Assembly: GCA_001784805.1 (NCBI GenBank)
Contig: MFSE01000013.1
Span: forward strand, 1-55,764
Length of the DNA stretch: 55,764 nucleotides
Direction: 5' to 3'
Source of the DNA: Candidatus Moranbacteria bacterium RIFOXYA12_FULL_35_19
GTDB taxonomy: Bacteria; Patescibacteriota; Minisyncoccia; Moranbacterales; UBA2206
The number at the start of each line of letters is the position of its first letter. The stretch's first letter is position 1. Shown here in pieces: positions 48,150-55,764 of the stretch. A program made the position numbers and the translations under genes. The notes beneath the pieces were generated by a model. It did no database searches. It saw only the letters and a program-made list of their open reading frames with translations, and was not told the origin of the DNA.

Positions 48150-50003
48150 ATGCAGAAGCTATTCAAAAACATCGGCATTGTCATCTTAATCTTCCTTTTT
48201 ATTTCCGGAATTTTCGTTCTTTACGGCAGTCCAACTGTTAAACCTGATGTTATTTCTCTTTCCACGCTAGCTCAACAAGTAAACGAAGGAAAGGTTAAAG
48301 AGATAAAAGTTGACACAAATAATCTTGATATCACGCTTAGCGACGGAAAAAAGGAAAAATCCACCAAGGAAACTAGCGCTGGAATAGTAGAAACACTCAA
48401 AAATTATGGAGTTGACAGCGCAAAAATTCAAAATGTAAGCATCGATATCCAAAGCGAATCAGGTATGACTTTTTGGCTAGGAACAATTCTGCCTTTTCTT
48501 TTGCCATTTCTTTTGGTCGGCGCTTTTATTTGGTTTATGTTCCGCCAAGCCCAACGAGGAAATAATCAGGCGTTATCATTTGGCTCTTCCCGCGCTCGCA
48601 TGACTGATCCAAAAAATAAAAATCAAAAAATTACCTTCAAAGATGTGGCTGGATCCAAAGAAGCTAAGGAAGAATTATGTGAAATTGTAGAATTTCTAAA
48701 AAATCCGAAAAAATTCTTGAATCTTGGGGCTAAAATTCCTAAAGGTGTTCTTTTACTTGGTTCTCCTGGAACTGGAAAAACTTTGATTGCCAAAGCAGTA
48801 GCCGGTGAAGCTAATGTACCATTTTTCAATATTAGTGGTTCAGAATTTGTAGAAATGTTTGTAGGCGTCGGAGCTTCACGAGTGCGCGATCTCTTCAAAC
48901 AAGCCAAGAAAAACTCACCCGCGATCATTTTCATTGATGAAATTGACGCGGTCGGAAGACATCGTGGTGCGGGGCTAGGTGGAGGACACGACGAAAGAGA
49001 ACAAACCCTAAATCAAATTCTGGTAGAAATGGATGGCTTTGACACCAACACCAATGTAATTATTATTGCTGCCACCAACCGTCCTGATGTACTTGATCCG
49101 GCGCTTCTTCGCCCTGGAAGATTTGACCGCCGAGTAACGATGGATTTGCCAGACATTGCTGAACGAGAAGAAATTTTAAAATTACATTCTAAAAATAAAC
49201 CCTTGGCCAAAGAAGCTGATTTGAAAAAAATCGCTCAAAGAACTCCTGGTTTTTCCGGCGCCGATCTTTCTAATCTTCTCAATGAAAGCGCTATTTTGAC
49301 TGCTCGAAGAAATAAAAAAATAATTTCTATGGACGAGCTCACCGAATCGATTGAAAAAGTTATCCTTGGCCCAGAACGAAGAAGTCGAAGAATTGATGAA
49401 GAAGAAAAGAAAATTATTGCTTACCATGAAGCGGGACATGCACTTTTGGCCGCCACTCTCAAAAACGCTGATCCCGTCCAAAAAATTTCTATCATTTCTC
49501 GTGGGTCAGCCGGTGGATATACTTTCAGCACCCCAGAAAAAGATAAGACTTTACATTCGAGAAATTATTTTATCGATGAACTTTCCGTTTTGCTTGGAGG
49601 ATATGTGAGTGAAAAATTGACTTTTGGCGATGTGACTACTGGAGCTTCTAATGATTTAGAAAGAGCCACAAATATGTCGCGAAGCTTGGTCACTCGCTAT
49701 GGAATGAGCGAGCTTGGACCACGTACTTTTGGGCACAAAGAAGAATTAGTTTTCCTTGGCAAGGAAATGCATGAAGAAAAAAATTATTCCGAAAAAACTG
49801 CCCAGGATATTGACCGCCAAGTTTCTCTTTTTATCGAAAATGCTTATCAAGTTGCTAAAAATATTTTGCAAGACAAAAAAGAATTGCTGGAAAAACTTTC
49901 CGCCACTCTTTTAGAAAAAGAAACAATTGAACAAGAAGAATTTAATGAAATTGTGGGGATAATTAAGAAAGAAGCAATAAGTGAAAAAGAAAATGGAAAT
50001 TAG
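48150..50003 (+). CDS. ftsH: ATP-dependent zinc metalloprotease FtsH
   Basis: Two TM helices, [27 protein letters not shown]. Confidence 0.97.
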   Translation: MQKLFKNIGIVILIFLFISGIFVLYGSPTVKPDVISLSTLAQQVNEGKVKEIKVDTNNLDITLSDGKKEKSTKETSAGIVETLKNYGVDSAKIQNVSIDIQSESGMTFWLGTILPFLLPFLLVGAFIWFMFRQAQRGNNQALSFGSSRARMTDPKNKNQKITFKDVAGSKEAKEELCEIVEFLKNPKKFLNLGAKIPKGVLLLGSPGTGKTLIAKAVAGEANVPFFNISGSEFVEMFVGVGASRVRDLFKQAKKNSPAIIFIDEIDAVGRHRGAGLGGGHDEREQTLNQILVEMDGFDTNTNVIIIAATNRPDVLDPALLRPGRFDRRVTMDLPDIAEREEILKLHSKNKPLAKEADLKKIAQRTPGFSGADLSNLLNESAILTARRNKKIISMDELTESIEKVILGPERRSRRIDEEEKKIIAYHEAGHALLAATLKNADPVQKISIISRGSAGGYTFSTPEKDKTLHSRNYFIDELSVLLGGYVSEKLTFGDVTTGASNDLERATNMSRSLVTRYGMSELGPRTFGHKEELVFLGKEMHEEKNYSEKTAQDIDRQVSLFIENAYQVAKNILQDKKELLEKLSATLLEKETIEQEEFNEIVGIIKKEAISEKENGN

Positions 50004-50106
50004 CTCAAGAGAATAGATGATAGAAAAAAGAAAATTATTTATTCTTTTTTCTAATCTCAAATTTCTTGAACCATTTTCTAATTTCCAATAACTATTTTCT
50101 AAAAAT

Positions 50107-51084
50107 ATGCTTAAAATAAATTACCTAGACATTATCAAAAAAGCTTGGGCAATCACTTGGAAAAATCGCTATTTATGGTGGTTTGGATTTTTTGTGGCCT
50201 TAGGTGGCGGAGGAAGCGCCAATTATTTTTTCAATTCAGATGATGAGAAAAAATTAAATCCGGCGCAAAATGAAAAAATTCTAGAATTTTTTTCTCAAAA
50301 TATGTCTTGGATTATAACTTTTATAATCATCGCTTTTTTACTCTTGATTATTTTTTCTATTCTAAACATTATCGGCCGAGGCGCGCTTATCACTTCGATT
50401 GAAAAAAATTCCCAAGGGCAAATCGCTAATTTCAAATCCGGTTGGAACTCTGGCAAGAAAAACTTTTGGAAAATATTTTATATCAATATTTTCTTGAGTC
50501 TTTTTATTTTTTTCACTCTCATTGTTCTTGTCGCTCCTTTGGCAGTTTTATTTCTGAATAAAAATTATATTATTGGCGGAGTTTTGTCTTTTTTGGCGGT
50601 TATTATTTTTATTCCTCTGGTAATTTTAGTTTCCTATCTAAGAATTTATAGCTATCTTTATGCTGTTTTAGGAAAATTAAATTTCTGGCCAGCCTTAGAA
50701 AACGCTTACAAACTTTTTGCCAAAAATATTTGGCCCAGTATTATCTTAAGTTTGATTTTTATCCCACTAAGTTTTGTTTTTATGCTGGTTATTTTTACTG
50801 TTTTACTTATATTATTTTTCATTTTTCTCCTTCTTAGCGGAATTGTTTTTTGGCTATTTGGAAAAATTACCGCCATTATTATCGGCGCCATTGGAATAAC
50901 AATCTTTCTATTAATCTTACTTTTTCTTCAAAGTATCTACGCTGTTTTTTCCCAAAGCATTTGGATTCTTTTTTTCCATGAAATCGCAACGCCTAAAATT
51001 CCCGAAGAAATTGTTGCTACCGAAACCACAACTGAACCACTCCAAAAACCAATGCCAGTAATTGAAGTGAGGAAAGAGAATTAA
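50107..51084 (+). CDS. Polytopic membrane protein
   Basis: KAWAITWKNRYLWWFG start, about six TM helices. Confidence 0.8.
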   Translation: MLKINYLDIIKKAWAITWKNRYLWWFGFFVALGGGGSANYFFNSDDEKKLNPAQNEKILEFFSQNMSWIITFIIIAFLLLIIFSILNIIGRGALITSIEKNSQGQIANFKSGWNSGKKNFWKIFYINIFLSLFIFFTLIVLVAPLAVLFLNKNYIIGGVLSFLAVIIFIPLVILVSYLRIYSYLYAVLGKLNFWPALENAYKLFAKNIWPSIILSLIFIPLSFVFMLVIFTVLLILFFIFLLLSGIVFWLFGKITAIIIGAIGITIFLLILLFLQSIYAVFSQSIWILFFHEIATPKIPEEIVATETTTEPLQKPMPVIEVRKEN

Positions 51085-51091
51085 ATTTTAA

Positions 51092-51155
51092 TTGTCATCC
51101 TGAATTCATTTCAGGATCTACTAAACAAGATGCTGAAATAAATTCAGCATGACAA
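51092..51155. repeat. GTCA-type REP doublet (REPIN-like)
   Basis: TTGTCATCCTGAATTCATTTCAGGATCT...AGATGCTGAAATAAATTCAGCATGACAA. Confidence 0.75.
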
Positions 51156-51213
51156 AACTATATTATTCTAGAAGCCTAAAACCGCCCCGATTCAATCGAG
51201 GCGGTTTTTTTTG

Positions 51214-51285
51214 TGGGACTGACAGGATTCGAACCTGTGACCAGGCGATTATGAGTCGCTCGCTCTACCACTGAGCTACAGTCCC
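51214..51285 (-). tRNA. tRNA with CAT anticodon (probably Ile2, possibly elongator Met)
   Basis: AGCGA-CTCATAA-TCGCC anticodon arm; G1-C72 pair, so not initiator. Confidence 0.9.
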
Positions 51286-51296
51286 TATATTTGTTG

Positions 51297-51370
51297 TGGG
51301 TATTACTGGACTCGAACCAGTGACCTTCACAATGTCAATGTGACGCTCTAACCAGCTGAGCTAAACACCC
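51297..51370 (-). tRNA. tRNA-Val(GAC)
   Basis: TCACA-TTGACAT-TGTGA anticodon arm. Confidence 0.95.
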
Positions 51371-51410
51371 GGCATAACATCTCTCATACTATTTCAAAAA
51401 AAACAATTGG

Positions 51411-52355
51411 TCAATCTTTTTTCCTTCTTCTGGCGTGAAATGCTTTATGCACTTCTTTGAGATGTGGGTTAGTAACATGGGTATAAATTTGGGTGGTGTT
51501 GATTGAAGCGTGGCCAAGCATCGCTTGTACTGAACGAATATCCGCTCCGTTCATCAAAAGATCGGTAGCAAAAGAATGGCGAAGAGTGTGCGGATGGACA
51601 TCTTTTACAATCCCAGCCTTCAGCGCATAATATTTAACAATTCGTTGAATAGAACGGGGAGTAAGACGCAAATTATCATCGTCTTTTGTATTTTTATTTT
51701 TCTTCTTAAATTTCGCCAAACCCTTCACATCCCGCACAAACAACGCCGGATCAATATCTTCTCTTTTTTTGAGATATTCTTCTAATGATTTTTTGGCTGT
51801 ATCAGAGATAAAAACTACCCGAATTTTGTTGCCCTTGCCTCGCACACTCAATTCTCCACTTTTGAGATTAAGTTTATCCCGATTGATATTAGTTAGCTCT
51901 GAAACTCGGAGTCCTGCCGAGAAAAGCAATTCCATAATTGCCCGGTCACGCAAAGATTTGAAATTTACTCCGCCAGCCGATTCCAAAATCCTCTCCACTT
52001 CGCTGTTTTCCAAAAAATCTACCTCTCGCTCCGGAGTTTTGCCAATCTCCACTTTTTCTGCCTGAAGAGTTTTCACATCCCTCTTGGCTAAATACTTTAA
52101 AAAACATCTTAACGCAATAATATAATAATTTTGAGTTATTTTCTTTAGATTTTGACCTTTTTCATCGGAAAATCGATTGAGATACAATCTAAAATTTCTG
52201 ACCAAATCATCATTAATATCCTTGGGATTGCTAATTTTTGCCCAAAGCAAAAATTTATCCAAATAACGACCATAATTTTCAATGGTTTTGGGCGAGCGCT
52301 GTTTTTCCACTTCCAAATATTCCAAAAATTGAGTTTTTAGCTCTTCGAGCTTCAT
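51411..52355 (-). CDS. XerC/XerD-like tyrosine recombinase
   Basis: SAGLRVSEL, GKGNK, HPHTLRHSFAT, LGHASINTTQIYTH. Confidence 0.92.
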   Translation of the reverse strand: MKLEELKTQFLEYLEVEKQRSPKTIENYGRYLDKFLLWAKISNPKDINDDLVRNFRLYLNRFSDEKGQNLKKITQNYYIIALRCFLKYLAKRDVKTLQAEKVEIGKTPEREVDFLENSEVERILESAGGVNFKSLRDRAIMELLFSAGLRVSELTNINRDKLNLKSGELSVRGKGNKIRVVFISDTAKKSLEEYLKKREDIDPALFVRDVKGLAKFKKKNKNTKDDDNLRLTPRSIQRIVKYYALKAGIVKDVHPHTLRHSFATDLLMNGADIRSVQAMLGHASINTTQIYTHVTNPHLKEVHKAFHARRRKKD

Positions 52356-52508
52356 ACTAATTATTGCAAATGTTAAAACAAATTCATTCGAATTCTTATT
52401 TGTTTTGCCATTCGCGACTTATTTGCATCAATTATACCCTAAAAACTCCGTTTGACAAAAAGACCTTGGCAAGCTATACTGTTTTGGAAGTAAATATTAG
52501 GGTTTTGA

Positions 52509-53735
52509 AAGATAAATTGCCTTATAATAAGGCTTTTTAAAATCAAAACCACAAGAAAGACTAATCCTATTAGTAAACTAATAGCATTATTTAGAAGATT
52601 ATTCAGCCGAAAAAATATAGGAAATATAAGAAGCCTCGTTCGCAACAAACAGAGAATTGTCGCCAATTTTATCAAAGAGCGTCGCACGATCAAAATTCTC
52701 CATCTGTTTCGAAATTACTCTGCTTTTGCTGTTGTCGTATCCAGCGCCTTCTTAGTTTCTGCTACTAATCTAGCCGCAGGACGAGAGTCCAGTGGTTTTT
52801 TATTTGGCTATTTTGGAGAAAATGAAAACTACGAAAACCCCTTGAAAGATATGATGTTTTTAAAAACAGCGGAAAAAACCAGCGTTGCTGTGGGCGATTT
52901 GATTCAAGCCAAAAATCTTCCGCGCTCCAAAGATATCGCCTTTGAAAAAAATGACACTTCTTTCATAATCCAGGGACGAGCCTTGGTGGCTGGGAATAGC
53001 CCCGTCAAAAAAGATCCTCAAGAAGACGGTGGGGTTATTATCTATGAAGTAAAACAAGGTGATACGATTAGCGCCATTGCCGATGCCAATAATATTTCTA
53101 TTAATACCATTTTATGGTCTAATGAATTGGATAATGTCGACTCCATTCGACCAGGAGATAAAATATTTATTCTGCCAGTATCCGGCCTTGAATATAAAGT
53201 TAAATCGGGAGATACTATTGAAAAAATTGCCTCTGAATATAAGGCGGATAAAAATAAAATCATTGCTTTCAATAATTTGCCAGCTAATGGCGAGTTAGAA
53301 ACTGACCAAAAAATTATTATTCCTGACGGAAAAAAAGAAGTGCCAATTCCACCTTCCAGTTCATTTAATATCGCCCAAAGACCTTATGAATCCTTCTCGA
53401 GTGGAAAAGTTTTAGACGGCAAAGCCAGTACGGGACACCGCTTTCCTTATGGTTACTGCACTTGGTATGTGGCGCAAAAAAGATATGTGCCTTGGGGTGG
53501 AAACGCTGGTACCTGGCTCTATCATGCCAAGGCCGCTGGATATTCTACTGGCAAAACTCCGCGTGTTGGAGCCATTATGGTTTCTTCCGAATCTTGGTGG
53601 GGTCATGTCGCTATCGTAGAAAAAGTTTCTGGCGGAAATATTACTGTTTCCGAAATGAATTATGTTAAGTTTGCCAAAAAAAGCACCCGCACACTAAGTT
53701 CAAAATCACGCGTAATCAAAGGCTTCATTTATTAA
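52509..53735 (+). CDS. LysM-LysM-CHAP cell-wall hydrolase; start uncertain (frame open from 52509)
   Basis: Two LysM repeats (YEVKQGDT, YKVKSGDT), CHAP GYCTWYV and GHVAIVE; TM helix upstream of the first TTG. Confidence 0.85.
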   Translation, partial: KINCLIIRLFKIKTTRKTNPISKLIALFRRLFSRKNIGNIRSLVRNKQRIVANFIKERRTIKILHLFRNYSAFAVVVSSAFLVSATNLAAGRESSGFLFGYFGENENYENPLKDMMFLKTAEKTSVAVGDLIQAKNLPRSKDIAFEKNDTSFIIQGRALVAGNSPVKKDPQEDGGVIIYEVKQGDTISAIADANNISINTILWSNELDNVDSIRPGDKIFILPVSGLEYKVKSGDTIEKIASEYKADKNKIIAFNNLPANGELETDQKIIIPDGKKEVPIPPSSSFNIAQRPYESFSSGKVLDGKASTGHRFPYGYCTWYVAQKRYVPWGGNAGTWLYHAKAAGYSTGKTPRVGAIMVSSESWWGHVAIVEKVSGGNITVSEMNYVKFAKKSTRTLSSKSRVIKGFIY

Positions 53736-53738
53736 GTC

Positions 53739-55764
53739 TTATATTTTCTTAATTGGTGCAATTGAAGCGGAAAGTTTTTTAAGTCCTGATTTAGAAAATG
53801 CTACAGTGATTATATCCCCCGCGCTGGCGACAATCAAGCCATCACCAAAAACCTCGTGTCGCACTCTATCGCCATCCTTAAAACATGAGACATGAAGCAT
53901 GAAGCATGAAACATCTTTTTCTAAAACTTGTTTATTTTCACTACTTTTATTCTTGCTACATGTTTCATGCCTGCCTGTCCGGTAGGCAGGTTTCATGTTA
54001 TATGACTTCAGTAAGTGCGGTGGTATATCGTCCAGAAATCGACTTGGCGCATTAATTTGAGTAGAACCAAAAATATTTCTCATACGAGTAAAAAGCAAAT
54101 AAACTTTTTCCATTGCCCGAGTTACCCCGACATACATCAGCCGTCTTTCTTCTTCCATTTCACCGTCATCTAACATACTTCGGGAATGGGGCAAAATTCC
54201 TTCTTCCAACCCCGCGATAAAAACAATCTTAAATTCCAAACCTTTCGCGCTATGAAGCGTCATAAGATGTACTGCATCTTTCGCTTGGTCAATATTATCC
54301 GTATCAGAAACCAAAGCTACTTCTTCTAGAAATAATCTTAAACCCTCATTACTTTCATACTCGCTATATTTTTTGGCGACCGTCAAAAGTTCGCGTACAT
54401 TTTCATTTCTCATTTCTCCTTCCTCCGTTCCATCCATCAGAAATTTTTCATATCCTGATTCGCTATAAACTTTTTGAATGAAATCCGTAAGAATCAATTT
54501 TTCTTTAAGTTCACTCATTCTCTTAATAAATTCTGAAAACTTAACTATCGCATCAATTTTAGAAATTTGTATTTTATTTTTTGGAACCTGCCTGCCGGTA
54601 GGCAAAGTTTGATCATTAGAATTTGAAAATTCATTGGAAATTGCGAGGCCACAAGATATTAAATCTAAATTATTACTCCTAGCTATATTAATCCATTTTC
54701 CCAAAGTAATATCCCCGACGCCTCGCCTCGGTTCATTAATTATTCTTTCCAACGAAGTTTCGTCATTGAAATTGTTAATCAAACGCAAATAAGCAATTAT
54801 ATCTTTAATTTCTTTTCTTTGATAAAATTTCACTCCACCAATAATTCGGTAGGGAATAGAATTTCTAAGCATTGCTTCCTCAATCATCCGTGATTGCGCA
54901 TTGGTGCGATACAGCACCACAAAATCGGAAAACTTTAGTTTTCCGTCCTGAGCGCTTGCCTGCCGATGAGGCAGGAAAGCGAAGGACCCCATCCTATTAC
55001 CGCATAACTTCTTTATTTCACTTACGATAAACTGCGCTTCTTCTTTTTCATCTTCCGCTTCAAAGCTAAATAGCAAATGTCCGCTCTTATTATCCGTCCA
55101 AATTTTTTTGTCTTTGCGATTGATATTTTTAGAAATCACGCCATAAGCCGCGTCCAAAATGTTCTGCGTGGAACGATAATTTTGTTCGAGTTTTATTATT
55201 TTTGCCTCGGGATAATCTTTTTCAAAATCTAAAATATTTTGAATGTTGGCTCCGCGCCATGAATAAATTCCTTGCCAGTCATCGCCCACCACGCACAGAT
55301 TTTTATATTTTTGCGATAATAATTTTACCAAAAGATATTGCGCATAATTAGTATCTTGATATTCATCCACCATAATATATTGGAAAAAGTTTTGATATTT
55401 TTCCAAAACTTCTGGAAATTTTTGAAAAATCTTAACTGTGATCATCAAAATATCATCAAAGTCCAAAGCGTCTTGTTCCTTCAATTTTTTCTGGTAATTT
55501 AAATATATTTTTGCCACCATTTCTTCAAAATATCCGCCCACTCCCGCTAAAAAATCTTCTGGCCCAATTAGTTCATTTTTTGCTTTGGAAATTGCACCTA
55601 AGATTGTTTTAGGTTTAAATTGATCAATATTTATTTCCATTTCTTTCATCACTTTTTTTATCAGCGCTAATTGATCTTGATCATCAAAAATATTAAAGGA
55701 ACTTTCGTATCCCACCTTCTCAATTTCCCGCCTTAAAATTTTCACACAAATAGAATGAAAAGTC
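53739..55764 (-). CDS. pcrA: PcrA/UvrD DNA helicase (5' end outside window)
   Basis: VDEYQDTN, VGDDWQGIYSWRGA, NYRST, LYRTNAQSR, TLHSAKGLEF, EEERRLMYVGVTRA. Confidence 0.95.
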   Translation of the reverse strand, partial: TFHSICVKILRREIEKVGYESSFNIFDDQDQLALIKKVMKEMEINIDQFKPKTILGAISKAKNELIGPEDFLAGVGGYFEEMVAKIYLNYQKKLKEQDALDFDDILMITVKIFQKFPEVLEKYQNFFQYIMVDEYQDTNYAQYLLVKLLSQKYKNLCVVGDDWQGIYSWRGANIQNILDFEKDYPEAKIIKLEQNYRSTQNILDAAYGVISKNINRKDKKIWTDNKSGHLLFSFEAEDEKEEAQFIVSEIKKLCGNRMGSFAFLPHRQASAQDGKLKFSDFVVLYRTNAQSRMIEEAMLRNSIPYRIIGGVKFYQRKEIKDIIAYLRLINNFNDETSLERIINEPRRGVGDITLGKWINIARSNNLDLISCGLAISNEFSNSNDQTLPTGRQVPKNKIQISKIDAIVKFSEFIKRMSELKEKLILTDFIQKVYSESGYEKFLMDGTEEGEMRNENVRELLTVAKKYSEYESNEGLRLFLEEVALVSDTDNIDQAKDAVHLMTLHSAKGLEFKIVFIAGLEEGILPHSRSMLDDGEMEEERRLMYVGVTRAMEKVYLLFTRMRNIFGSTQINAPSRFLDDIPPHLLKSYNMKPAYRTGRHETCSKNKSSENKQVLEKDVSCFMLHVSCFKDGDRVRHEVFGDGLIVASAGDIITVAFSKSGLKKLSASIAPIKKI

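Noticed and set aside
51214..52355. Prophage or island integrase at a tRNA
   Set aside because: The protein looks like a housekeeping XerC/D; it lies upstream of the tRNA 5' ends, with no duplicated tRNA 3' end or phage genes.

Overview
Low-GC (AT-rich) bacterial chromosomal segment, standard genetic code. It is most likely from a Patescibacteria/CPR (Parcubacteria-like) genome; this is inferred from the TrmB expansion, the PaaX/Cas2-like protein, tRNA-linked endonucleases and SD-less core genes. Core genes: infB, rbfA, nrnA, nfo, udg, rplS, rluD-like, folD, cca, gyrA, pyrF, rpsA, gmk, tilS, ftsH, xerC/D-like and partial pcrA. There are 13 intact tRNAs, an IS1202/ISNCY element, a MNT-HEPN toxin-antitoxin pair and six TrmB regulators. 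Most striking non-annotated structure: (1) an array of about 10 parS palindromes inside an O-antigen-ligase CDS; (2) a 21-bp palindromic micro-element inserted in frame into parS sites and other repeats; (3) a GxxExxY nuclease gene bounded by 16-bp terminal inverted repeats, with an 87-bp empty copy elsewhere; (4) a tRNA-Cys split around a GIY-YIG gene plus a replacement tRNA-Cys; (5) six divergent TrmB/orphan modules whose orphans carry boxA-like plus strong SD leaders; (6) many repeat families translated inside housekeeping proteins. All calls come from reading the sequence; no database searches were run.
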